This document shows, one piece after another, positions 1 to 8,195 of a stretch of 64,000 nt of DNA (its first letter is position 1; each line of letters begins with the position of its first letter). The translations under genes were made by a program, and so were the position numbers. This stretch comes from Actinomycetota bacterium (lineage in GTDB: Bacteria > Actinomycetota > Actinomycetes > S36-B12). Under the pieces are notes generated by a model, which was not told the DNA's origin, did not search any database, and saw only the letters and a list, made by a program, of their open reading frames with translations. Where the stretch lies: positions 334 through 64,333 of the forward strand of contig WLOY01000002.1 in the NCBI GenBank assembly GCA_009699015.1, read 5' to 3'.

Positions 1-68
1 CGGGAGACGAATTGCTCTTCGTCGCCGCCCCGGACCAGGAGCCCGAACTCCAGCGAATGCTCGGTCAC
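1..68 (-). CDS. 5' end of an unidentified CDS running off the window (partial)
   Basis: GTG at 68-66 overlaps the TGA stop (67-65) of the upstream DUF3159 gene (GTGA junction). It reads VTEHSLEFGLLVRGGDEEQFVS to the window edge, which is too short to assign a family. Confidence 0.3.
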   Translation of the reverse strand, partial: MTEHSLEFGLLVRGGDEEQFVS

Positions 69-817
69 CTCTGAGCGTCAGGCCCGTCGATCTCCCGGCG
101 CGCTGCCTGCTCGCGTTCTGCGCGCTTTCTCGACAGCACCGGGGCTAGCACGCGATACGTCCAGTATGCCGCCCCGAGGAAGAGCGGGTAGCCCATGACG
201 ATCTTCACGATTCCCTGGATCTCGACCCAGCCGGCGAGGTACATCGGCGTCTGGACGATGAGCCGGCTGAAGAACAGCACAACCCAGATCCAGGACGCTG
301 CCGCGTAGACACGGCGCAGTGCGGGGTCGCGGCGCCATTTCGTGCCCTCGCCGGTGAGGAATCCCATGACGATGCCGAGCAGTGGCCAGCGAAGGATGAT
401 CGAGATGAGGAAGGCCGAGCCGTAGCCGAGGTTCGTGAGCATCCCGGGCAGGTAGATGTCCGATGCGTTGTCGTTGCGCGAGGCCCACCAAGCGGAGATC
501 GCAAGACCGACGAACCCGGCGGCCACCTGCCCGAGCTTCTCCCGCCGGATGAGGCGCCAGATCACGATGATCATTCCGGCGATGATCGCCGCAATGATCG
601 ATGAGCGAAGGTTCTGCAATGTCACGATGAACGAGATGACGAACACTGCTGTCGGCAGGCCCGAGTCGATGATGCCCCGCCAGCCGCCGATCGCGCGTTC
701 GAGGAGGAGTGACTCCGCTCGGATGTCTTGCTTGTTCTCGTGGGCCAGGTGCTCGTGCGCCGCCGGCCCATCTGATTCGTTCGGCCGTGCCGGATCGACC
801 GGCTGGTCTGCGGACAT
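65..817 (-). CDS. DUF3159-like multi-pass membrane protein
   Basis: Track ORF 65..844. It has several hydrophobic helices after a GGWRGIIDSGLPTAVFV segment and sits in the conserved actinobacterial dut neighbourhood. ATG 817 is preferred because it lies 1 nt past the stop of the upstream OB-fold gene. ATG 844 is the alternative start. Confidence 0.7.
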   Translation of the reverse strand: MSADQPVDPARPNESDGPAAHEHLAHENKQDIRAESLLLERAIGGWRGIIDSGLPTAVFVISFIVTLQNLRSSIIAAIIAGMIIVIWRLIRREKLGQVAAGFVGLAISAWWASRNDNASDIYLPGMLTNLGYGSAFLISIILRWPLLGIVMGFLTGEGTKWRRDPALRRVYAAASWIWVVLFFSRLIVQTPMYLAGWVEIQGIVKIVMGYPLFLGAAYWTYRVLAPVLSRKRAEREQAARREIDGPDAQR

Positions 818-818
818 G

Positions 819-1178
819 TCAGGCCACCATCGGCTTGAGCTCATAACGGGGGTTGTACACGACCGGCTCGCCCGCGACCTGGTTCAGCCGACCGGTGACG
901 ACGAGCCTGCGGCCCGCGCTGATGCCCAGGATCCGCCTGCGTCCGAGCCAGATGACCCGAATGCACCCGGTGCCGTCGTAGAGGTCGATTTCGAGGGATG
1001 GCAATTCAGTGCGCGGCCGGAAGGTGATAGACCGGACGGTTCCCGCAATGGTGACCGTATCGCCCGGGGAGCAATCGCAAATCCTGCCGCATTCCCGGCC
1101 TTCGCTCTCACGCTGGAGCTCGCTGGCCTCCTGATCGGCGCGGCTTGTCATCAGTCGGTCCCACAGTGCGATGCCCAC
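819..1178 (-). CDS. OB-fold nucleic-acid-binding domain protein
   Basis: 119-aa ORF containing GDTVTIAGTVRSITFRP...LEIDLYDGTGCIRVIWLGRRRI.G...GRRLVVTGRL, a typical small actinobacterial OB-fold protein found next to DUF3159/DUF3710. Confidence 0.7.
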   Translation of the reverse strand: MGIALWDRLMTSRADQEASELQRESEGRECGRICDCSPGDTVTIAGTVRSITFRPRTELPSLEIDLYDGTGCIRVIWLGRRRILGISAGRRLVVTGRLNQVAGEPVVYNPRYELKPMVA

Positions 1179-1193
1179 GGACTCAGGTTACCC

Positions 1194-1814
1194 CTATCGG
1201 ATCTCGGTCAGCTCCGGTCCTCGCTCGAATGGGTTGACCGGCGGACGGCCACCGGGCCCCGCCTGCTCGATGGCCTCGGGAAGCCGCATGGCGATGGGAG
1301 CCCCGACGGGCATGGCCTCGCCGCCGCGAACGACGACGAGACCGCGCACGATGCCTTCGAGCGCTGTCGCCTCCGGCCCGGGCCGGGCCGACTTGCCGAG
1401 GAAGACCGCCCGGAGGAACCAGCGCGGGCCCTCGGCGCCGACAAACCGCGCCGGCTGGAGGGTCGTGCCGCCATCGGATGGCTTGACCTGCGCCCGCAGT
1501 TCAACACCGAAGGGACCGTCAGCCTCCTCGACGAGGCCACCCGAGGCACTGATCGACTTCTTGATCTGCACGCGGACGTCGTCCCACATGCCACCTGATC
1601 GCGGCGCCGCATAGGGCTGCACCTGCACGGCCGAGCCGAGCATCGCGAGGGTCACCTGGACGATGTTCCCCGACTGCTCGTCCACCTGAACCTGCAGGTC
1701 CATGCCCTCGGTCGACGGAACGAGAAGCGCGCCGAGGTCAACGCGATCGACTCCGTCCCCGAAGTCGACATCCGATTCATCCCACGGGCCCTGTGCTTGC
1801 ACATCATCGGTCAC
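1194..1814 (-). CDS. DUF3710 domain protein
   Basis: 206-aa acidic ORF immediately downstream of dut with a 4-nt overlap (1811-1814). The sequence pattern GPWDESD...DLGALLVP...VQV and the position match the DUF3710 family. Confidence 0.7.
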   Translation of the reverse strand: MTDDVQAQGPWDESDVDFGDGVDRVDLGALLVPSTEGMDLQVQVDEQSGNIVQVTLAMLGSAVQVQPYAAPRSGGMWDDVRVQIKKSISASGGLVEEADGPFGVELRAQVKPSDGGTTLQPARFVGAEGPRWFLRAVFLGKSARPGPEATALEGIVRGLVVVRGGEAMPVGAPIAMRLPEAIEQAGPGGRPPVNPFERGPELTEIR

Positions 1815-2272
1815 GGGACAACCGTACCGATGAACCCACCCGTGCTGCCAAAGCCGCCGCCGCCGCGGTGGGAGCCGGGCAGTTCGCTCACCTCAACCAT
1901 GACCGCAGACTCGACCGAGGTGATGACGAGTTGGGCGATCCGGTCGCCGCGGGCGATCGAGAACGACGCAGCCGGGTCATGGTTCACGAGGATGACGCTG
2001 ATCTCCCCGCGGTACCCGGCATCGATGGTCCCCGGGGCATTGAGGATCGTCACCCCGTGCCGGATCGCGATACCGCTTCGCGGGTGCACGAACGCCGCGA
2101 AACCCGGCCGCAGGGCGATCGCGATGCCGGTCGGCACCAGGCACCTGCCGCCCGGCTCGATGATCACATCGACGCGGCTTCGCAGGTCCATGCCCGCATC
2201 GCCTGGATGCTCGTAGGCCGGAAGCGGCAGCCCCGGGTCTAGTCGCTGCACGAGGACCTCGACCGGGCTCAT
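1811..2272 (-). CDS. dut: dUTP diphosphatase
   Basis: dUTPase motifs are readable: AGMDL, PRSG, GTIDAGYRGEI, RIAQLV and the C-terminal GGFGSTG. Confidence 0.95.
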   Translation of the reverse strand: MSPVEVLVQRLDPGLPLPAYEHPGDAGMDLRSRVDVIIEPGGRCLVPTGIAIALRPGFAAFVHPRSGIAIRHGVTILNAPGTIDAGYRGEISVILVNHDPAASFSIARGDRIAQLVITSVESAVMVEVSELPGSHRGGGGFGSTGGFIGTVVP

Positions 2273-2300
2273 GTGCCGCCTCCGAACCCTTCGCCGCTCA

Positions 2301-2888
2301 TCACGGGTTCACCTCGACGTCATGGCCGCCGGTGCGCCACGCCGGCCCGCCACTCGCCCGATCGATGATGGCCCTGCCGATCTGCTCCGGATTGCCATGC
2401 TCCATGAAGTGCTCGATCGGGACGCGGATGAACAGCGCCGAAGCCGTGACGGCGACGAGCCCCTTGGAGCCCCCTAGTCGGCCGACCGCCGCCGTGAACA
2501 CCTTGCGGCCGTGCACGCCGACGACCTCTGCATCGATGATGAGGGTCGATCCGACCGGGACCGGCCGCCTGAATTCGGTCTGAATCTTCGCGGTCACGAC
2601 GGGATCGCCGAGCAGCCAATTCAAGGAGCCGAGCACCTCATCGAAGGCCACGGTGAGCAGGCCACCGTGCGCCAGGCCGGGCGCACCCTGATGGTGCTCG
2701 GTGACGGTGAAGGCCCCGGTCACCCGAAGGCCATCGCCCGCAGTGATGCGCATGTGGAGGCCGGTCGGATGATCGACGCCGCACCCGAAGCACCACCGGT
2801 AGTGCGAGGGGATGGCCTCGCCCGGGGCCGGGGCATGCGCAGGCCGATCCGGGAGGGTCGCACCGGGCGGAGGGGCGATCGCAGGCAT
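2301..2888 (-). CDS. PaaI-family (hotdog fold) thioesterase
   Basis: CFGCG zinc-ribbon-like N-terminal segment followed by the HGGLLTVAFDEVLG hotdog core. Confidence 0.75.
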   Translation of the reverse strand: MPAIAPPPGATLPDRPAHAPAPGEAIPSHYRWCFGCGVDHPTGLHMRITAGDGLRVTGAFTVTEHHQGAPGLAHGGLLTVAFDEVLGSLNWLLGDPVVTAKIQTEFRRPVPVGSTLIIDAEVVGVHGRKVFTAAVGRLGGSKGLVAVTASALFIRVPIEHFMEHGNPEQIGRAIIDRASGGPAWRTGGHDVEVNP

Positions 2889-2935
2889 GGGGCAGACCCT
2901 ACCGAGGTCGCCCGCCCGCGGGCATCCAGATTACG

Positions 2936-3388
2936 GTGGTCCACGTGAAGCAGGCATCAGGGTTCCGCGAGCGACTCCTGCCCCGGTGGTGGGCTTTCGG
3001 CATTTCCCTTGCCCTCGTCTCGATGGTGGCGATCGCCTACGGAGCGGCCCTCGATCCCTGGTTCGGCTGGATCACGTTCGGATGCGGCGGCCTCGCCGTG
3101 TCATGGCTGCTGTGGATCGCCTCCCCCGTCATCGAGGTCACGGACACATCGCTCTTGGCAGGGCGCGCCAGACTCCCCCGCTCATCGATCGCCGGGGCCA
3201 TCGAGCTCGACGGCCCGCAGGCGAAGGCCCACCGGGGGCCGACCGCGGATGCCCGCACCTTCGTCCTCCTGCGCCCATGGCGAGCGGCGACGGCCGTCCT
3301 CGTGACCCTCGACGATCCGAGCGACCCGCATCCGGCCTGGCTGCTCACGAGCAAGCACCCTGACCGACTCGTCCGGGCGCTACAGTGA
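2936..3388 (+). CDS. DUF3093 domain membrane protein
   Basis: 150 aa with two N-terminal TM helices followed by a VTDTSLLAGRARLPRSSI segment. It sits in the conserved position divergent from dut. Confidence 0.7.
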   Translation: MVHVKQASGFRERLLPRWWAFGISLALVSMVAIAYGAALDPWFGWITFGCGGLAVSWLLWIASPVIEVTDTSLLAGRARLPRSSIAGAIELDGPQAKAHRGPTADARTFVLLRPWRAATAVLVTLDDPSDPHPAWLLTSKHPDRLVRALQ

Positions 3389-3428
3389 GGACAGGCCGAA
3401 GTCGCACCGCACCGCGTGCGCACGAGCA

Positions 3429-3722
3429 ATGGGAGCGATCGTGAACACCTCGGATGTGAAGCAGGTCCAGCCGGAGGAAGCAGAGCCCAGCCCGCTCCTT
3501 CACCTCGTGGCGCCGATCGTGGCGATCGGCGCAACCATGATCGTGCGCAAGGCCCTCAACGCCGGATACCGCAGGGCGACCGGCTCTGATGCCCCTGGAC
3601 CGCGCGATCCCGGCGTGAGCATCGGTCGGATCCTCCTGTGGTCCGTCGTCACCGCAGCCGCCGCAACTGCCGTCGAGGTCGCCGTCTTCCGCATCACGAA
3701 TCGCCCCACCCACACCGGCTGA
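3429..3722 (+). CDS. DUF4235 domain protein
   Basis: 97 aa with the pattern LVAPIVAIGATMIVRKALNAGYRRATG and a C-terminal hydrophobic helix. Confidence 0.65.
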   Translation: MGAIVNTSDVKQVQPEEAEPSPLLHLVAPIVAIGATMIVRKALNAGYRRATGSDAPGPRDPGVSIGRILLWSVVTAAAATAVEVAVFRITNRPTHTG

Positions 3723-3779
3723 CCGCGGGCATCACTGCCACCGTGCTCCTAGGAGCACTCGAACCACCGCCCCGTGCTC

Positions 3780-4076
3780 CTAGGAGCACTCCGTGCACAC
3801 TAAGCCGACGGCGTCCTCGTGGTCGAGTTGACTGCGGTGGTGCACGAGGAAGCACTTCGTACAAGTGAACTCGTCGGCCTGCCGTGGCAGCACCTCGACG
3901 GTGAGCCGCTCATCCGACAGGTCTGCCCCGGGCAACTCGAGGGTCTCGGCCAATTCCGCTTCGTCAACGTCGAGCATGGCGGACGACTTCTCAGCACGAC
4001 GTGCCTTGAGGTCCTCGATGCTGTCCTCCGCCAGTTCCTCATCAGTCTTGCGGGGCGTGTCGTAGTCGGTTGCCAT
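3780..4076 (-). CDS. DUF4193 domain protein
   Basis: Internal start MATDYDTPRK of track ORF 3780..4139. It has an acidic N-terminus and the C-terminal motif FTCTKCFLVHHRSQL...CTEC, which is characteristic of DUF4193. Confidence 0.85.
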   Translation of the reverse strand: MATDYDTPRKTDEELAEDSIEDLKARRAEKSSAMLDVDEAELAETLELPGADLSDERLTVEVLPRQADEFTCTKCFLVHHRSQLDHEDAVGLVCTECS

Positions 4077-4146
4077 CGTGAGTTCCTCCCCAAGTGGTGA
4101 CGTGCACATGCCGTGGAACGCAGAAGACGCGGGATGCATTCCCCCG

Positions 4147-4175
4147 CAACCCTTCCGCAGTCAACCCTTCCGCAG
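4147..4175. repeat. Tandem direct repeat 2 x CAACCCTTCCGCAG separated by 1 nt
   Basis: Read directly: copies at 4147-4160 and 4162-4175. They are flanked by a second 12-bp direct repeat GCACATGCCGTG at 4105-4116 and 4201-4212. Confidence 0.9.
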
Positions 4176-4273
4176 GCTCACCCACCGCGCGCCTGGCCAA
4201 GCACATGCCGTGACCGAAAATTGTGCACCATCCGGGGCGGCGTTGCACCGCGGCGGCGTACTAGCCTTCGGAC

Positions 4274-4792
4274 ATGCCCGTATACGCGCTTGGCGACAGG
4301 ATTCCGGTCATCGACCCATCGGCATTCGTCCACCCCGACGCCGTCATCATCGGCGACGTCCGCATCGGGCCCGAGTCGAGCATCTGGCCGACAGCGGTGC
4401 TCCGCGGCGATCACGGCGCGATCAGGATCGGGGCCCAGACCTCGGTCCAGGACGGAACGATCATCCACTGCACGGCAGAGCACGACACCGTCGTCGGCGA
4501 CCGCTGCGTCGTCGGGCACAACGTCCATCTCGAGGGGTGCACCGTGCTCGACGACTCTCTCATCGGATCGGGCTCGGTCGTCCTCCACGCCGTCACCATC
4601 GGACCCCATGCCCTCGTCGGGGCAAGTGCCCTCGTACCGGGCGGCATGACCGTCCCGCGCAACGCCCGTGCCCTCGGCGTCCCGGCGAAGGTCACCGAGC
4701 ACGCAATCCCCGACAACGCATTCGCGGAGGCCGTCGCGATTTACGTCCACAACTCGCACTGGTACAACGCAGACCTCCGCAAGATCTCCTAG
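4274..4792 (+). CDS. Gamma-class carbonic anhydrase family (hexapeptide-repeat) protein
   Basis: The N-terminus MPVYALGDRIPVIDPSAFVHPDAVIIGDV.IG and the left-handed beta-helix hexapeptide periodicity are visible. Confidence 0.85.
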   Translation: MPVYALGDRIPVIDPSAFVHPDAVIIGDVRIGPESSIWPTAVLRGDHGAIRIGAQTSVQDGTIIHCTAEHDTVVGDRCVVGHNVHLEGCTVLDDSLIGSGSVVLHAVTIGPHALVGASALVPGGMTVPRNARALGVPAKVTEHAIPDNAFAEAVAIYVHNSHWYNADLRKIS

Positions 4793-4818
4793 AGGGGCAT
4801 CTCCCAATGGGGCAACTC

Positions 4819-5643
4819 CTAGGTCCCGGCCCCAACTGCACCCAGCGCTGAGCGAAGCTCGACGTCGATGCCGGGAACCGCGGCCACAAACGTGCCCTCG
4901 TAGGGATCCGCTGACCGCAACCCGCCGACCATCGCCCCGGCCTCCAGGGCGATGAGCCCGCCCGCCGCGATGTCCCACCTGTTGAGCCCCCGCTCATAGT
5001 GCCCGTCGATCCGGCCGCAGGCCAGCCAGCACAGGTCGACGACCGCCGCCCCGCCCCGACGGAAATCCCGCACGAGCGGCGCGAGTCCCAGCACCACTGC
5101 AGCCTGTTCCACCCGTCGCTCAGCTGAATACCCGAACCCGGTGGAGACGAGGGCATTCGCCAGGCTCGAGCACTCCCGGACTGCGATCGGCCGCGCACGA
5201 TCACCCTGGATGCTCCATGCACCGCCTCCGCGAATGCCGATGTAGGCCTCGCCAAGCGCTGGCGCCACCACGACACCGATCTCGCTCTCCCCCTCCGCCT
5301 CGGCCGCGACCGACACCGCCCAGGACGGGATCCGATAGAGGTAATTCACTGTTCCGTCCAGCGGATCGACGACCCATCGCACGCCGGAGGTTCCCGGTCG
5401 CTCACCGCCCTCCTCGCCGAGGAGCCCGTCCGCTGGCCGGGCGCCCAGCAGTATCTCGATGAGCCGCGCCTCCGCCCCGCGGTCCATCTCGGTGACCGCA
5501 TCGGTCGGCGATGATTTCGTGTCGACGACGAGGGCATCGGGGCGCTCGTCATGGAGGTACGCCGCTGCTGCGTTTGCCGCCTTCCATGCCAGGTCGAGCA
5601 GGCGATGCCGGGCGAGCAGGTCAGCGAGGGGAACGGGCGTCAT
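4819..5643 (-). CDS. suhB: Inositol monophosphatase family protein (SuhB/ImpA-like)
   Basis: Motifs TEMD, WVVDPLDGT and WDIAAG are present. The internal start MTPVPLADLL (ATG 5643) is chosen because the upstream extension runs through a 23-bp non-coding tandem repeat. Synteny with dut resembles the mycobacterial suhB locus. Confidence 0.85.
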   Translation of the reverse strand: MTPVPLADLLARHRLLDLAWKAANAAAAYLHDERPDALVVDTKSSPTDAVTEMDRGAEARLIEILLGARPADGLLGEEGGERPGTSGVRWVVDPLDGTVNYLYRIPSWAVSVAAEAEGESEIGVVVAPALGEAYIGIRGGGAWSIQGDRARPIAVRECSSLANALVSTGFGYSAERRVEQAAVVLGLAPLVRDFRRGGAAVVDLCWLACGRIDGHYERGLNRWDIAAGGLIALEAGAMVGGLRSADPYEGTFVAAVPGIDVELRSALGAVGAGT

Positions 5644-5653
5644 GACGGCATTC

Positions 5654-5722
5654 TTCCGCCCGGCGGGAGGGCACTGTTCCGCCCGGCGGGAGGGCACTGT
5701 TCCGCCCGGCGGGAGGGCACTG
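5654..5722. repeat. Perfect tandem repeat, 3 x 23 bp (TTCCGCCCGGCGGGAGGGCACTG)
   Basis: Read directly: units at 5654-5676, 5677-5699 and 5700-5722, followed by a partial TCCG. The unit length is not a multiple of 3, and each unit contains the palindrome CCGCC-C-GGCGG. Confidence 0.95.
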
Positions 5723-5761
5723 TCCGGCACCCGCAGAGGCGAGGGAGTACCGTGCACATTC

Positions 5762-7060
5762 GTGCTCACCACATACCGCGAGGTCCTCCGCATCCCGGGT
5801 GCCTTCCGGTTCTCGGCCGCCGGATTCGTCGCGCGACTCCCACTGTCGATAATCGGCCTGGGGATCGTCGTCTACATCTCGGGCGTCACCGGCTCGTACG
5901 CCGTGGCCGGGCTCCTCGCGGCGGCCTTCCAGCTTCCGGCGGCGGGCTGCGCCCTGTGGACGAGCCGGCTCGTCGACCGCCACGGCCAGCACCGCGTCAT
6001 CCCCATCCTCGTCACCGTCCACGCCATCGGGCTCATCGCGTTCATCCTCACCGTCGAGTCCGGGCTCCCTGTCATCGTCCAGGCCCTTGCGGTCGCCGTC
6101 GCCGGCGCGAGCCAACCGGCCATCGGCGCGATCGTGCGCGCACGCTGGGCGTACACGATCGGCCGACTCGGCCAGCAATCCTCGCCGATGCTCCGAAGCG
6201 CCTTCGCTGTCGAGAGCATCGTCGACGAACTCATCTTCACGATCGGGCCACTCCTCGTCGCCACCCTGGCCGTTCGCCTCTCGCTCGCCTCGCCCCTCGT
6301 GCTCGCGGCAGCCCTCACGGTCATCGGCGGCCTGCTCCTGTCTGCGCAACGGGCCACCGAGCCGCCCGCCTCATCGACCCTGCCCCGCGCAACCGAGCAC
6401 CGCGGCTCCGCCATCAAGCTTCCGGGCCTGCTCCCCGTCGTCCTCGGAGCGATGGGCACCGGCTTCGTCTTCGGATCGTTCGAGGTTTCCGCGATCGCCT
6501 TCACCGTGCGCGCCGGCACGCCTGCCGCGGGTGGCTACGTCCTTGCGATCTGGGCCCTCGGATCCCTCGTCGGCGGCCTTTGGTTCGGCTCCCGCCACTG
6601 GCGAATCCGGCTGCCGACCCAGGCCATGCTCTGCTGCCTCGTCCTTGCCCTCGTCCTCATTCCCATGCCGTTCATCAGGTCGGTCCCGGCGCTCGCCATC
6701 GCAACCTTCATCTCCGGGGCGGCCGTCGCACCCGCACTCATCTCCGGCTTCACGCTCGCCGAACGCCTCGTCCCCGCGACCCTGCTCACCGAGGGGCTCA
6801 CCTGGAGCAACTCGGGGCTGGCCCTCGGGTTCTCCGCCGGCACGGCGCTCGCCGGCATCGCCATCGACAGCTCCGGCACGACGATGGCGTTCGTCCTTCC
6901 CATCGCCGGCGCGGCCATGGCCGTCATCGTCTTTGCCTCCACTCGGCGGCTCCTCATCGCGTCCGTCCAGCCTTACCACGAGGGTCCGCCCGGAGCACCC
7001 CTCAACGCCGACCCCATCCCGGGCCCGGCACCCGGAGCCTTTCGCGACGACGCCCGCTGA
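5762..7060 (+). CDS. MFS transporter
   Basis: About 12 hydrophobic helices run from LTTYREVLRIPGAFRF onward. The start is an in-frame GTG at 5762. The upstream part of track ORF 5459..7060 is Arg/Ala-rich shadow sequence that crosses the tandem repeat. Confidence 0.8.
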   Translation: MLTTYREVLRIPGAFRFSAAGFVARLPLSIIGLGIVVYISGVTGSYAVAGLLAAAFQLPAAGCALWTSRLVDRHGQHRVIPILVTVHAIGLIAFILTVESGLPVIVQALAVAVAGASQPAIGAIVRARWAYTIGRLGQQSSPMLRSAFAVESIVDELIFTIGPLLVATLAVRLSLASPLVLAAALTVIGGLLLSAQRATEPPASSTLPRATEHRGSAIKLPGLLPVVLGAMGTGFVFGSFEVSAIAFTVRAGTPAAGGYVLAIWALGSLVGGLWFGSRHWRIRLPTQAMLCCLVLALVLIPMPFIRSVPALAIATFISGAAVAPALISGFTLAERLVPATLLTEGLTWSNSGLALGFSAGTALAGIAIDSSGTTMAFVLPIAGAAMAVIVFASTRRLLIASVQPYHEGPPGAPLNADPIPGPAPGAFRDDAR

Positions 7061-7094
7061 TGTCCCCCGGTTGAACGGCTAGAAGCGGTACGTT

Positions 7095-8195
7095 ATGGGC
7101 GGTACGCAAGGGGCGTGCCACGCGCTCGGTGGACCCGGGTGCCGAAAATGGCTGGAGATCGTCCTGGAACCGCTGAGCCCCAAGGAGATTCAGGCGCGAG
7201 TTCGCGCCGGTTCCTCCGCGGAGGCAGTCGCAGCGGAGACGGGCTGGCCGCTCGACAAGGTGGAGCGCTACGCGGGCCCCCTACTCGCTGAGCGTGCCTA
7301 CGTGGCGCAACTCGCACAGGCGGTAGAGGTCAGACGATCAGGCGGCACAGTGACCGGAGTAGGCGTCACGCTCGCAGACACCGTGGCCCGGGTGCTGTGG
7401 GACGAGGGAATGATCCGCGCTTCCGTCGCCTGGGATGCCCGGCGCCGCGATGACGGCAAGTGGATCGTGACGGCGTCATTCACCACCTCCCGCGGACCAG
7501 TCCAGGCCTCGTGGACCTATGACAATGCCGGACGAAACCTGCACCCCATCGACGAGGCCGCCCGCCGGCTCATGGGGGTTGGTTTCGAGCCAGTGGACGA
7601 GGTGCGAAGCCCGACCCCCGGATTGACATCGGTCCACGACGTCCAGGATGCCGGCACCCGTGCCGGTCCCAGCGAGGTTCGCCCCCACCTGGTGTCCCTG
7701 CCAACCGCACCCGAGCTCGACGCCGATCCCTTCTTCGACCGCGAGGCCGTCGAGAGCCGGCTCGAGCAGGAGGAGCGCCTCCTCGAGCAGGAGCGCCGCG
7801 AGTACGAGCTGCGCGAACATGAGCTTCGCGAGCAGCAGATACGTGAGCGCGAGCTTCGCGAGCACGAACTGAGAGAGCATCAGCGTCGTGAGCATGAACT
7901 GCGCGAGCACGAGCTGCGTGAGCACCAGCGTCGCGAGCAGGAACTGCGCGAGCGCGAGTTCGAGCTGCGCGAGCAGCAGGCCCGCGAGGTGCAGGCCCGT
8001 GAGCAGCAGACCCGCCAGTCGGCTTCGGACGCCGTCGAGTACCGCGGCGCGGCTCATCAGCCAACGGTCGCCCTCACGCGCGAGGAGCCCCCGAACTCAG
8101 GCGGCAAGCCGAAGCCCAAGCCGAAATCCCGGCGGGCGAGCGTGCCGAGCTGGGATGAGATCCTCTTCGGTGCGACGAGAGGCGACGAGAGCTAG
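7095..8195 (+). CDS. sepH: Septation protein SepH homologue (DUF3071)
   Basis: LSPKEIQARVRAGSSAEAVAAETGWPLDKVERYAGPLLAERAYV matches the HTH-containing DUF3071 core recalled for SepH, and the ASWTYD motif is present. There is a long charged ELREH repeat and a basic C-terminal tail. Confidence 0.75.
   Translation: MGGTQGACHALGGPGCRKWLEIVLEPLSPKEIQARVRAGSSAEAVAAETGWPLDKVERYAGPLLAERAYVAQLAQAVEVRRSGGTVTGVGVTLADTVARVLWDEGMIRASVAWDARRRDDGKWIVTASFTTSRGPVQASWTYDNAGRNLHPIDEAARRLMGVGFEPVDEVRSPTPGLTSVHDVQDAGTRAGPSEVRPHLVSLPTAPELDADPFFDREAVESRLEQEERLLEQERREYELREHELREQQIRERELREHELREHQRREHELREHELREHQRREQELREREFELREQQAREVQAREQQTRQSASDAVEYRGAAHQPTVALTREEPPNSGGKPKPKPKSRRASVPSWDEILFGATRGDES
7771..8010 (+). repeat. 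In-frame low-complexity coding repeat (ELREH/ELREQ units) inside sepH
   Basis: The translation reads EYELREHELREQQIRERELREHELREHQRREHELREHELREHQRREQELREREFELREQQAREVQAREQQ. Confidence 0.85.

Noticed and set aside
456-1598. 380-aa plus-strand ORF across the DUF3159/OB-fold/DUF3710 genes
   Set aside because: It is antisense shadow of three conserved genes and has an Arg/Pro/Ser-rich low-complexity translation.
5654-5722. Could the 23-bp repeats be a mini CRISPR array?
   Set aside because: The units are directly abutting with no spacers, there are only three copies, and no cas genes are nearby. It is a simple tandem repeat.
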